From Candidatus Eiseniibacteriota bacterium (lineage in GTDB: Bacteria > Eisenbacteria > RBG-16-71-46 > JABDJR01), in NCBI GenBank assembly GCA_963762255.1, contig CAVXKA010000001.1:96001-160000 (forward strand): a stretch of DNA of 64,000 nt, read 5' to 3'. Each line of letters starts with the position of its first letter. The first letter of the stretch is position 1. Made by a program: the position numbers and the translations under genes. This document shows positions 12,848 to 22,564 of this stretch, one piece after another. The notes beneath the pieces were generated by a model. That model made no database searches. It was not told the DNA's origin and worked only from the letters and a program-made list of their open reading frames with translations.

Positions 12848-13264
12848 GTTAGTTATCTCCTCCAAGGTCCACGACGGATGGCCTTGCGATGCGCTTCGAG
12901 GCCGGGCCGGAGCGGAGTTGATGATGCGCGGTTCCTATGTTTCGCCGGCAAGGCACGGCATGGCCTGCCTCGCCGGGCGCGGTCATCCCCGCGCGCAGAA
13001 GCGGCGAAGGAGAATAACACAGGGGGATCGGGGGAAGGAAGAGGCTTGAGGCGCGATCCCGGGGACGGGACTGAAACTGAACACTAGCCCGGGAGGCGCC
13101 CCGCGTCCATATCTAAGACTCTGGACACCAAAGAGTTATGAGGGGCCCCGGCCACTCGGCGGGAGCCCCTTCGGGTTTCGTGCGAAAGCGCGCCCCATGG
13201 AGTCTGGTGCTTCCCGAGCGAGCATGCGTTAGAGTCCGCCTCATCTCTTGCTCCGGAGGCGCTC

Positions 13265-16200
13265 GTGCCCGGTTCCCGGCTGCTCCTCCTCACGGCGATC
13301 CTGTCCGCGCTCGCGTCGCCCGGATTCGCTGCGATCGCGCCCGCGCTCGCGCTGGGGCTCGCGGCGACCCCACCTGCGGAGATCCTCCCCCCACCGGTCG
13401 TCTCGATGGGTCAGCCCCATCTCATTCAACTGCACTGGAGCCCGCTTGCCGGCTACAACTGGGATGCGGAGCAGCGAGTCAGCCGGCTCACGCTCTCGGT
13501 CGGGGGGGAGCCGCGCATCCCACAGTTCGGCCTCGTGCAGACGAGCTTCGCGGGGTTCGCGGGAGAGCGGGGAGGCGACTTCGACTGCGGGCTCGCCGCC
13601 TATCTCAAGATCCCGTGGGTGCACGCGGGGCTCGAGTTCAGCATCCCCGACGAGGATCTCATCGCCACCTTCGCCGCCGAGTTCGGACTGCGTCGCAGCG
13701 GACTTCTTCACCGCGGCGACGCCGTACGAATCGACTACCGTCCGTGGAAGCGGGAAGTCCTGGTGGGCCTCACCCTGGTCGAGCCACTGCGGCGCTACCG
13801 CCGCACACGCCCGCTCGCCATGCACGTGGCGCTCCCCGAGGGCGAGATCCCCCGCGCGGTGAAGCCGATCCGCAAGGAAGGTCTTCCCCGCGATCTCGAG
13901 GAGTCGCTCCAGCGGCTCGATCACCACATCGTCTGGATCGACCGCCTCCTCACCCCGCATTTCCAACCGGGCGGCGAATTCGCAGAGAGCGCCGAGTTCT
14001 ACCGCGCGCACGTGCGCGACGCCGGCCACTCCTTCGCCGACGAGGACGCCGGCTACCATGAGGAGTTGGAACGAGCGTTCACCATCGCCGCCGGCGCAGA
14101 CACCGCGGCGGGGCGGGAGCTGGCCCTGCGCGCGGAGACGATCCTCCTCGACCGCGTCCTCGTCCCCTTCAACCACTGCTTCGCCCAGATCAAGAAGCCG
14201 GCGAACATCGAGGGCTACGCGCGGCAAGGACTGCAGGAATTCGAGCGTGTTCTGATCGAGCGCTTCGGGGCTGAGCCGATTGGGAACGAGGGGCTCGACC
14301 CTGCCGAGCCCTCCGGCCGCCGCGAACTCTGCCGTGAAGTCTTCCGCCGCACGCTGGACGCGATCGACCGCGTGGCCCGGGCCACGCGCAAGCGGTGGGA
14401 CCAGAAATTCATCTTCATCTTCCCCGAATTCCGGCTGGTCTGGCTGCCGCTCAACTACGGCGTGCGGCCCGGCCAGGTCGACACCCAGGAGGAGTGGGAC
14501 GAGTTGGTCGAGCGCCTCACCGGCCGCGCCTTCACCGACTGCAACACGATCGAGTACCTGGTGAACGAGCAGTTCCACCTGCGTCTCAAGGCCATGGTGC
14601 GCGCCACCGAGACCTACCACGTCCTCCACATCCATGACGTGCGGGGGCTCTATGAGCGGAAACTCACCGACCGGATAGGCTGGGATCTCGTGATGGACGG
14701 CTATCTGCGGGCCTTCACGGACGCCGTGGGCGCCATCGATCGCGGCGAGCGCCGGCGTCTTCCCCAGTTCCTCCTCTTCCTTGACGAGAACTTCTACTCC
14801 GACAACCGCTCGCGCGGGATCGTCACCTTTCTGGAGAACCTGTACGCGCCCGAGGAACCCGAGTCGATAGACGAGCCTACGATGAAGACGGTGCTGCGCG
14901 CCCAACGTACGTTGCGGGCGGCCATCGAGGCGTCCCCCACCTTCGGCAAACTCTCCGAGCGCGAACTGCGGCGCCTCTTCAAAGTCCACGTCAACATCAC
15001 CCACCCGTTCGATCTCACCTTCGGTGGCGACGCGCCCCTGCGCGATCACCGCAAGGTCGCGTTCCGGGACGTGGTCGAGGACGATCCGAGCTCCGGTGAA
15101 GCGATCGCCACCGGCCAGGGCGTGGGTGAGCACTACAACGGCACCGGGTGGGACGACCGTAGCATCGTCGTTCGCGGGCCGGCGTTGGTGGCGTTCAAGA
15201 CCGGCGTGCGGGAGCTGTTCCTGAGCCAAGGATACGAAGAGAAGGACGTTCCCGAGTGCCTACGCGCACTGCCCGTTTCACCGGATTACGAGGAGCGGTG
15301 CGAGGCGCTGCGTGTGGCCGGATGGACGACCCCGGTCTCGGTGGTCATGAACCGGGTCGGTTACGGCGAGAAGATCGCCACCGTGCTCAAGGCCATGCAG
15401 TACAACCTGGCCCCGCCGGGCAGCACGATCCTCACCTTCGATTCCCTCTGGATCAGCGACTACTGGGCGGGAATGCTGACGGCGGCGGCCATGCGCGGGG
15501 TCGGCGTGTATGTCGTGGCGCCGACCGTGGGAAACGCCCCGAGCAGCGCCATCCCCACCATGGTCCTCTTGCGCGAGAACATGAGCCGTCTCTTCGAAGC
15601 GTCGCAGGTCTTCGCCGAGGAGATCGCCGCCGCGGACGGCTCGTTGAACGTCGGGCTCTACGCCACCAGGATCCCGGTGAGCGATCTGCGCGGACGCCTC
15701 GAGAGCGCGGTCGCTTGCTGGGAAGGCGATCCGCGGATGAAGGCGCGCTTCGGCCTGGACGCGGCCGTGCTGGACACGCTGCGCACACTCGCGGCGGCGT
15801 GGCCGCTCGAGCCGGCCCCCGAAGATACTCCGCGGGTGGTCGTCATTCCCATTCGCCAGGACCACAAACCGTTTCTCCACATGAAGACGCAGCTCCTGGC
15901 CGATGCGAGCGCCATGCGGGCGGTCCGGCGGCCGGAGTGGGCACACGTGATGGAGGAGCACCTTCGCATTCGCGCGCGCCAAGTCGCGGGATGTCTGGAT
16001 CCAGGGATCACGCCACGACTGCTTCCCGACAGCGGGCCGAACGCGGGTGTCGCCATGCTCCTGATCGGTTCTCAGAACCAGGACCGGCGCGGCATGATGA
16101 TGGACGGCGAGGTCACGGTGGCGATCTCGGGGCCGCACGCTCTCGTCGCGCTCCCCGACCTCATGCTCATTCTCGGCAACGCCACCTGGCCGCGGGACCG

Positions 16201-16285
16201 GGACGAGTTCACCCGGACGTTCCCCGAGGTCAAGGCTCCGGGGTTCCTCAAACGCGCCTTCCGCTACATCAAGGATCAGATCTGA
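13265..16285 (+). CDS. Large secreted phospholipase D-superfamily protein
   Basis: Signal peptide-like N-terminus; two HKD motifs (HRKVAFRD, HMKTQLLAD) and IGSQNQD. Confidence 0.65.
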   Translation: MPGSRLLLLTAILSALASPGFAAIAPALALGLAATPPAEILPPPVVSMGQPHLIQLHWSPLAGYNWDAEQRVSRLTLSVGGEPRIPQFGLVQTSFAGFAGERGGDFDCGLAAYLKIPWVHAGLEFSIPDEDLIATFAAEFGLRRSGLLHRGDAVRIDYRPWKREVLVGLTLVEPLRRYRRTRPLAMHVALPEGEIPRAVKPIRKEGLPRDLEESLQRLDHHIVWIDRLLTPHFQPGGEFAESAEFYRAHVRDAGHSFADEDAGYHEELERAFTIAAGADTAAGRELALRAETILLDRVLVPFNHCFAQIKKPANIEGYARQGLQEFERVLIERFGAEPIGNEGLDPAEPSGRRELCREVFRRTLDAIDRVARATRKRWDQKFIFIFPEFRLVWLPLNYGVRPGQVDTQEEWDELVERLTGRAFTDCNTIEYLVNEQFHLRLKAMVRATETYHVLHIHDVRGLYERKLTDRIGWDLVMDGYLRAFTDAVGAIDRGERRRLPQFLLFLDENFYSDNRSRGIVTFLENLYAPEEPESIDEPTMKTVLRAQRTLRAAIEASPTFGKLSERELRRLFKVHVNITHPFDLTFGGDAPLRDHRKVAFRDVVEDDPSSGEAIATGQGVGEHYNGTGWDDRSIVVRGPALVAFKTGVRELFLSQGYEEKDVPECLRALPVSPDYEERCEALRVAGWTTPVSVVMNRVGYGEKIATVLKAMQYNLAPPGSTILTFDSLWISDYWAGMLTAAAMRGVGVYVVAPTVGNAPSSAIPTMVLLRENMSRLFEASQVFAEEIAAADGSLNVGLYATRIPVSDLRGRLESAVACWEGDPRMKARFGLDAAVLDTLRTLAAAWPLEPAPEDTPRVVVIPIRQDHKPFLHMKTQLLADASAMRAVRRPEWAHVMEEHLRIRARQVAGCLDPGITPRLLPDSGPNAGVAMLLIGSQNQDRRGMMMDGEVTVAISGPHALVALPDLMLILGNATWPRDRDEFTRTFPEVKAPGFLKRAFRYIKDQI

Positions 16286-16320
16286 GGCGACGGCCGCAGC
16301 GCACGTCCCGCACGGCGGCC

Positions 16321-18024
16321 CTACAGGCTCGGGTTCAGGATGATCTTGCGCATCTCCTCGGCGCACACACGGCAGAACAGCCAGCTGAGGCTCCGCATGC
16401 AACAGCGGGCCTGACCGCGGAAGAAGTCCTTGCCGAGACAGTTTGTGTAGCGGTCTTCGTTGGTCCACTCCAGATTGTCGACGTTGGTGTCCTTCGGCAG
16501 GAACTGAGCGCCCCAGAAGAGACCCAGCCACCCGGGATCCTCGCTGGGGGAGAGGGTTTTCTTGTTGTATCGAATATCACAGTTGCTCGGCCCCTGGCAG
16601 TCGATGATGTGCGCGAACCCACCGGCGGACGTGCGTTCCTCCGTCGTGGTCAGGCCCTTCCACCAGACCTGATCCCTGTTTCCCCGGCTGACTTCGTTCG
16701 CGTGTTCGGTATAGCCGTCCCACGCGATCTTCCCCGTGTACTCCTCCACGATATCCCCGATGACGTGGGCCGACTCGTGGGCGGCGAGCTGTGCCAGCCA
16801 TACCTCGTGCAGGGGCACGAACGCGATCCGCTGTTCGTGGAAGGCGCTTCCCCCATATACGGGCGCGTTGACCAGCACGATGAAGAGCTGGATCTGGTCG
16901 GCGGGCGCGAAGTCCTCTGCCGCCCGGTAGACACGTCCGGGATCGGGGATACCGAGATACCCCGGATAAGACGACCCGCCTCCGCAGGGGGGCCAGCATC
17001 CCTCGACCTCGTAGTACGTCTGCTTGAGCGGCCAGGCGTAGGACGGCTCGCAGCTCCCCACGGCGCCGCATCGATAGACACCGGATGAGTGCGAGACGGC
17101 GCGGATGAGGTGGATGTTGATCTGATCCCGAAGTGCCTCGAACGGGGGCATCGACATGAGCTTATCGGCAACGTACCGAGCCCTCTGGTCGAACTTCTGC
17201 ATCTCACAGTGTTCGAACCCGTCCCCGGTGATGACGATGTTGAAGTGCGTGGCGGGATCCCCGCGATTCTGGATCGTCTCCTGGCTGTCGATCCAGCCGT
17301 TCGCGAGCAAAGGAGGATCATCCCAGCCCAGTTCGGGCAGATCCAGGAGGTGCTCGACGAAGAGAAGGAACGCCTTGAGAAGACCGAAGATCGGCAGCGG
17401 GAAGCCGGTCGGAGGAAATGGAGGAAGCGGCGGGAGCGGAGGCTTGCCCAGGCGGTAGAGCCCCAGCGCCTCGACGGCGAGCCGGACCCTTCCGAACTCG
17501 CCGTCCGTCACCAAGGCGTCCGCGGGCAGCGTGTGCTTCCCTGCGGGGCCGACCGCATCGACGCGCGTCCGCGCGAAGAGAAGGTAGGCGGCGTTCCGAG
17601 GAATGGGAAGGTGTAGCAGGCGATCGTCGAACCGAGGCGGCACCATGCCGCCACCCAGCGCTCCTGTCTTTTCGTCCACGATGACGTCTCCGAAGTAGCG
17701 GGGACGCGATGACCAGGCGTAGACCGCCAAAGGCCGCCGCCGGGCGTCATAGAGGGCGGCGATGACCTCTCCCGTCGAGGGCGGCACCTCGCCGAGGTTA
17801 TTGATCCCGAGCCTCATGGGGCGAAGCTCGCGTTGTGGCGGACGGATCGTGCCGCGGGCGAGCTTCAGGATCGGCGGCCGATTGCCGTCGAAACGCACGA
17901 GCATCGCCATGCTCTTGCCGGACCAAGCCGGTGGCTTCCTGCCGCGACGCGGCGGCCGGATTCGGGAGGGGGCCGACTTCGAGCGGGAACCCGTGGCACG
18001 AGTCGAACGCTTCCGGGCGGTCAT
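16321..18024 (-). CDS. M64 (IgA peptidase-like) zinc metallopeptidase
   Basis: NIVITGDGF, PPFEALRDQINI, YGGS, HESAHVIGDIVEEY (HExxH...EY), CMRSLSWLFCRVC; ATG overlaps the rSAM stop (ATGA). Confidence 0.8.
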   Translation of the reverse strand: MTARKRSTRATGSRSKSAPSRIRPPRRGRKPPAWSGKSMAMLVRFDGNRPPILKLARGTIRPPQRELRPMRLGINNLGEVPPSTGEVIAALYDARRRPLAVYAWSSRPRYFGDVIVDEKTGALGGGMVPPRFDDRLLHLPIPRNAAYLLFARTRVDAVGPAGKHTLPADALVTDGEFGRVRLAVEALGLYRLGKPPLPPLPPFPPTGFPLPIFGLLKAFLLFVEHLLDLPELGWDDPPLLANGWIDSQETIQNRGDPATHFNIVITGDGFEHCEMQKFDQRARYVADKLMSMPPFEALRDQINIHLIRAVSHSSGVYRCGAVGSCEPSYAWPLKQTYYEVEGCWPPCGGGSSYPGYLGIPDPGRVYRAAEDFAPADQIQLFIVLVNAPVYGGSAFHEQRIAFVPLHEVWLAQLAAHESAHVIGDIVEEYTGKIAWDGYTEHANEVSRGNRDQVWWKGLTTTEERTSAGGFAHIIDCQGPSNCDIRYNKKTLSPSEDPGWLGLFWGAQFLPKDTNVDNLEWTNEDRYTNCLGKDFFRGQARCCMRSLSWLFCRVCAEEMRKIILNPSL

Positions 18025-19307
18025 GGCTCTACTCCTTCTCGTCGCGGGCGGCCCGCGCCCGCGACCTGTCGCTGAAATTCCTCGCGGGCCGCGAGCGAGA
18101 TGCGATTGTAGGCGCAGTGGAAATCTGGAATCCGATGAGGATCGCGGTTGCCGGAGATGTGGCCGATCGCGATCGGGCAGACCGAGCAGTCGTGCAGGTA
18201 ACGACACTCGGCGCAAAGACCATAGGAAGAGTGTTTCTTCTCGCGCTGGTTGAACATGTCGATGGCCACGACCGCGTCGGGAAGCGAGGCGAGACGAGCC
18301 ATGAACCCTGCGGAGCCGATATTCCCCAGCCGGAGCGGCCCCAGCCGGGGCTGCAGAAGATCCCCTGGAAATTCCTGAAGTGACTCGAGCCACGTGGGGC
18401 AGCCTGCGACTTCACCGTCGGGGGCCACGGTGATTTCCTCGCCGTGGCCCGCGCCGCACATGGCGCGCCCGTTCGAATCCTGAACCCGCCCAGACCCGTT
18501 GCTTGCGTGGTTGCCGTTCCGCAGGGCCCGCGCCTTCGAGGAAGACCGGAACCCAGCGAAGGGGATTTCTCCGCTCACGCCGTGGAGTCCAACGCTCAGG
18601 TCGACAATCCGCTCGAACTGAACCCCGAGCTTCCGGTACCCCACCGCCGACCAGTCCGGGTTCGCTGCGATGACCGGAGAGACCGTGATCCTGCGCACGC
18701 CCCTGCCGGTGAGGTAGTGGATCGCATCGGCCAGGCCGCCGACCGCACTTGGCGTGAGGGTGATGCCGACGGTGAGACTCCGACGCAGGAACGCCGGCTG
18801 ATCCCGCCTCAACTCCTCGAGCCGGCGATCGAGCACGGCGAACGTGCCTCGGCCGCGAAGGGTCTGCGCGGTCGGCGTTCCATCGAAGCTCAGGAGCACC
18901 TCGAATCCAGCGCCGACAAGATACGAGGCCACTTCGGGACGCAGGAGGGTGCCGTTGGTGATGAGTGCCGGTCGGAACGACTTCCCATTCGATCGCACGC
19001 GTCGCGCGTACTCGACCGCGCGTCGGATCAACGGCAGCTCGAGCAACGGTTCACCGCCGGAGAAGAGCAGCCGCACGTCGTCCGCCCGCGAGGCGGCGGC
19101 CAGGTCCACCGCCTCGCGCAACGTCTCCCAGCTCATGCGGCGCGCCGGTTTGCGGTTCTGATAGCAGTACGAGCACCGCAAGTTGCACCGGCCCGTGAGC
19201 ACCAGATGCACCTTTCGCAGGTCCCTAGCCGGCGCGTTTGAGGACGCGAAACGAGGGCGGCGCTGACCGGCGCGAATGCCGGCTTCCGCTCCGCCGCGGC
19301 CTCTCAT
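18021..19307 (-). CDS. Radical SAM/SPASM-domain maturase
   Basis: CNLRCSYC, FSGGEPLL, TNGTLL, SFDG; SPASM cysteines CGAG...GCP...CAECRYLHDCSVCP...C; GAGGAG RBS. Confidence 0.92.
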   Translation of the reverse strand: MRGRGGAEAGIRAGQRRPRFASSNAPARDLRKVHLVLTGRCNLRCSYCYQNRKPARRMSWETLREAVDLAAASRADDVRLLFSGGEPLLELPLIRRAVEYARRVRSNGKSFRPALITNGTLLRPEVASYLVGAGFEVLLSFDGTPTAQTLRGRGTFAVLDRRLEELRRDQPAFLRRSLTVGITLTPSAVGGLADAIHYLTGRGVRRITVSPVIAANPDWSAVGYRKLGVQFERIVDLSVGLHGVSGEIPFAGFRSSSKARALRNGNHASNGSGRVQDSNGRAMCGAGHGEEITVAPDGEVAGCPTWLESLQEFPGDLLQPRLGPLRLGNIGSAGFMARLASLPDAVVAIDMFNQREKKHSSYGLCAECRYLHDCSVCPIAIGHISGNRDPHRIPDFHCAYNRISLAAREEFQRQVAGAGRPRREGVEP

Positions 19308-19314
19308 GCGCTCC

Positions 19315-19656
19315 TCAGGCCTCGGGCTCAGGCGGCGGACAGCCGTAGTCCAATCCCGGTCCACCGTCAGCAGGAGGAGGCGGTGGTGGACAGCCGTAGT
19401 CGAGAACCTGGGGCACGCCCCCGGGACTCTGCGCCGTGCTCGCGGGCAGCACGATCCTCATGGTGGGGGGGAGGAGCAGCAGGATCTCGCGCAAGGAGCG
19501 GCACCAGTTCTCGATCCCATAGAGCGCGTCCGTGATCTGCTTGATCGTCACCACGCCGCCCAGGGGCTTCAGTCGCTTGACGGCCTTCTTCTTGGTCGCC
19601 TTCTTCTTTGCGGTCTTCTTCACCACCTTCTTCTTTGTCGTCTTCTTCTTCGCCAT
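19315..19656 (-). CDS. Candidate RiPP precursor peptide (113 aa) with duplicated LDYGCPPP core
   Basis: AG-rich RBS; Lys-rich N-terminus, central helix, two LDYGCPPP repeats; ends 7 bp before the rSAM start. Confidence 0.75.
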   Translation of the reverse strand: MAKKKTTKKKVVKKTAKKKATKKKAVKRLKPLGGVVTIKQITDALYGIENWCRSLREILLLLPPTMRIVLPASTAQSPGGVPQVLDYGCPPPPPPADGGPGLDYGCPPPEPEA

Positions 19657-19708
19657 CGTTCTCTCCTCTCGCCGCGATGCGTCGCGGCACGGTTGCGCCG
19701 AAGGGCGC

Positions 19709-22384
19709 CTATCGGCGCTCGCTCGTCGCGTCGAGCACCCAGATATCTCCGTCCTTGGCCTCCCGGCACCAGACGATGAGCCGTCCGTCCCGGGTGACAT
19801 CGAAGAAACCGGCGGGATCCCTTCGCCCAAAGGCGATCTCGGGCTCGATCGATCGGATGGATCCGTCCTCCAGGGAAATCCGCTTCAGCGTCAGAGCCGG
19901 AGAGCCCCAGGTGCCGCTCACGAGGAGGACGCGACCTCCGGGCTCCCAACGAACGCGACTCGCGTGTGCGCCCTTCGTCACGGCGCGTGGAACCGCGTCG
20001 GGGGCGGCGGCAACGATGTAGACGTCGGCCGCCCCCTCAATGCTCTTCGTGTACGCGATCTGCGTACCGTCCGGCGACCAGGAAGGGGCTTGCGCGGCCG
20101 GCCCTGAGGCGGCTATCTCAAACGGGGCTCCCCGCGGTTCACCGTCGGTTACGCGCTCGATCCAGAGGCGAGCGCTTCCACCCCGTTCGGAGGAATATGC
20201 GATCTGCGTCCCGTCCGGGGACCATGCGGGATGGACGTCGGGTCCGGGCTCGCGGGTGAACTGCCGAGGCAACCCGCCCCCGATGGGGAGCATCCAAATG
20301 TCGCGCTCGTCGTCGAGGATCCGGTAGTAGGCGATCCACTTGCCGTCGGGCGAAACGACCGGATGCGATGCGGAGCCGGGGTGTTCTGTGAGCCGGCGCG
20401 GGTCTCCCTGCGGGCGCCCGTCGAGAAGGGGCTGAAGCCACAGGTCGAGCTGCGGTCCCCAGCGGTCGGAAACGAAGACGAGTCCATCTCCTGCAGGCGT
20501 GAATGCCGGCATCCAGTCGTGACGAAAGCCCGGCAAGACCGTATCGCGCCCGCTCGGCACGTCGCGCACGACCATGCGGTACTCGACTTCCTCGGTGCAG
20601 TACGCGAGCCGCGTGCCGGCGCCGGAGAGGCTGGGATGGGTCTCCGACGCGTTGCCCAGCGTGACTCGCTCGGGCTTCCCTCCCGATGCGGCGACTTGCC
20701 ATATAGCAAGATTGCCGCTGCGATAGGACGAAAAGTAGATCGTGCGACCGTCGGTCGACCACACGGGCTCCTGATCCACGTCGCTGCCGGACAGGATCCT
20801 CCGCGGCCGGCCACCGCTCGACGGCACCTGCCACAGCCCGTCAGAGGATGCGTAGCAAATGTGCTTCCCGTCCGGGGACCACGCCGGCTGTCGCTGACCC
20901 CACAGGCCGAAGCCGGGCCCGGTGAGATCAACCGCCTCGGCCGCATCGTCCATCGGAGCCACGAAGACCCGAGTCGATCCCGAGGAGTCCTCGCGCGCGA
21001 ATGCCAACCGCTTGCCGTCCGGCGAAGCAGCGGGATCGCTCGCGTTTTCTGCAACGAGTACGGCGGGACCACCCATCTGCCCGGTCTTCCAAACCCCGTC
21101 CGAGCCGAGACGGTCGGAGACGAACAGCACGGCACTGCCGTCGGGGAGCCACGTCGGGCTGAAGTCGGAGGCTGGATCGTTGGTCAGAGCAATGGGACTC
21201 CCGCCGTTCACCCCGATCGCGTACACCTCCAGGTTGCCCGATATATCCGAGACGTAGGTCACTCTCCCGCCGTCCGGCGAGAGTGCGGGTTCGCTCTCCC
21301 AAGCCTCGGAGCTGGTGACCTGGATGGGCTGCGCGCGTGCGAATGGTGGCAAAGCGGTCCGGCCGGGAATGATGCGCAAGAGGGTGAACGCCGCGACGAC
21401 AAGCAGAATGGCTCCGGCGGCGGCGAGGCCGATGCGCCGCAGTTGGTGCGGCCTCGGCATCGGGAACTGAGGGTGCGTCTCCGAGTACTCCCTGAATTCA
21501 AGCTGCTTGTGAACCGCTCGCAGGTCGGTGAGCAGATCGCGCGCGCTCTGGTAGCGCTCGTCCGGCCGCTTGGCCAGACACTTGCGGATGATCCGCTCCA
21601 ACTCATCCGGAACCTCGTAGGTGTGCTTCCCGATCGGTTCGGGCTCGCGGTTGAGGATCTCCCCCACCAGCTCGCCCTGGCTCGTGGAGTGGAAGGCGGG
21701 CGCCCCCGTGCACATTTCGTAGAGCACCGCACCCAGGGCGAAGATGTCGGTGCGGGCATCCGTCGGGCGGCCCAGAACCTGCTCCGGCGCCATGTAGCGC
21801 GGCGTTCCCACGACCGCTCCAGTCGAGGTCAGGCCAACGCTCTCGGTGGAAGTACTCGCGTCGGCCTCCCCCGTCATCAACGTACGCGCGAGCCCGAAAT
21901 CGGTGAGAAGCGCGCGACCGCTGGCGTCGATCAGGATGTTCTTGGGATTCACGTCGCGATGGATGACGCCGTGCTCGTGGGCGGCGTGCAACGCCGACGC
22001 CAGCTCGACCGCATGCGCCAGCACGGTCGTGCAGAGGAGCTTCCCGCCTTGTGCGAGACGGTCGCGCAGGCTCACTCCCTCGACGAGTTGGAAGACGATC
22101 CAGGGAACGCCGTTCTCTTCGAAGGCCTCGAGGACCGCGACGATGTTCGGGTGGGAGACGCGAGAGGCCGCCTTTCCTTCGCGCAGGAACCGGCGGCGAA
22201 GCTCCATCGAGCCAAGCAACTCCGGGAGAGGGCGCTTGAGAGCAACGTCCCGGCTGAGGTTCAAATCACGCGCCTGAAACACGATGCCCATACCGCCACG
22301 GCCGATTTCGTTCACGATTTCGTAGTGGCGGACGCGCTCGCCTGGGACAGGGCTATGCGGGAGTGCTTCCCGGTCGTCGGGCAT
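19709..22384 (-). CDS. Hanks-type Ser/Thr kinase with TM helix and TolB-like (PD40) beta-propeller
   Basis: GRGGMG, VALKR, HRDVNPKN, DFG, GTPRYMAPE; TM IGLAAAGAILLVVAAF; many P(A/T)WSPDG repeats. Confidence 0.93.
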   Translation of the reverse strand: MPDDREALPHSPVPGERVRHYEIVNEIGRGGMGIVFQARDLNLSRDVALKRPLPELLGSMELRRRFLREGKAASRVSHPNIVAVLEAFEENGVPWIVFQLVEGVSLRDRLAQGGKLLCTTVLAHAVELASALHAAHEHGVIHRDVNPKNILIDASGRALLTDFGLARTLMTGEADASTSTESVGLTSTGAVVGTPRYMAPEQVLGRPTDARTDIFALGAVLYEMCTGAPAFHSTSQGELVGEILNREPEPIGKHTYEVPDELERIIRKCLAKRPDERYQSARDLLTDLRAVHKQLEFREYSETHPQFPMPRPHQLRRIGLAAAGAILLVVAAFTLLRIIPGRTALPPFARAQPIQVTSSEAWESEPALSPDGGRVTYVSDISGNLEVYAIGVNGGSPIALTNDPASDFSPTWLPDGSAVLFVSDRLGSDGVWKTGQMGGPAVLVAENASDPAASPDGKRLAFAREDSSGSTRVFVAPMDDAAEAVDLTGPGFGLWGQRQPAWSPDGKHICYASSDGLWQVPSSGGRPRRILSGSDVDQEPVWSTDGRTIYFSSYRSGNLAIWQVAASGGKPERVTLGNASETHPSLSGAGTRLAYCTEEVEYRMVVRDVPSGRDTVLPGFRHDWMPAFTPAGDGLVFVSDRWGPQLDLWLQPLLDGRPQGDPRRLTEHPGSASHPVVSPDGKWIAYYRILDDERDIWMLPIGGGLPRQFTREPGPDVHPAWSPDGTQIAYSSERGGSARLWIERVTDGEPRGAPFEIAASGPAAQAPSWSPDGTQIAYTKSIEGAADVYIVAAAPDAVPRAVTKGAHASRVRWEPGGRVLLVSGTWGSPALTLKRISLEDGSIRSIEPEIAFGRRDPAGFFDVTRDGRLIVWCREAKDGDIWVLDATSERR

Positions 22385-22434
22385 GGGCGGTAGGCCTCGC
22401 TTGTCCTGGGCCGCTCGTGGGGGACTTGAATCGA

Positions 22435-22463
22435 ATTATATGGCAAGAAATGTGAAAAGACAA
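22435..22463 (-). promoter_or_regulatory. Sigma70 promoter of the kinase-RiPP operon
   Basis: TTGTCT-N17-TATAAT in an AT-rich patch, bracketed by inverted repeat CTTGAAT/ATTCAAG. Confidence 0.75.
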
Positions 22464-22468
22464 TTCAA

Positions 22469-22564
22469 GGGGGGGGCGGGAGGTCGGGCCGGGGGGCGGG
22501 GGCCGAGGGGCGGGTGCACGGGTCCGGGGGCGGAGGCGGGGGTCCGGGGGCGGGGGAGCCTGGG
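22469..22564 (+). repeat. G-rich low-complexity tract (G-quadruplex potential)
   Basis: More than ten runs of 3 or more G built from GGGGGCGG-like units. Confidence 0.6.

Noticed and set aside
18021-19307. Calling the rSAM a PlpX-type splicease because of the YG motifs
   Set aside because: Its CNLRCSYCYQ...MSWET region looks more like anSME/thioether-type SPASM enzymes; kept only as an alternative
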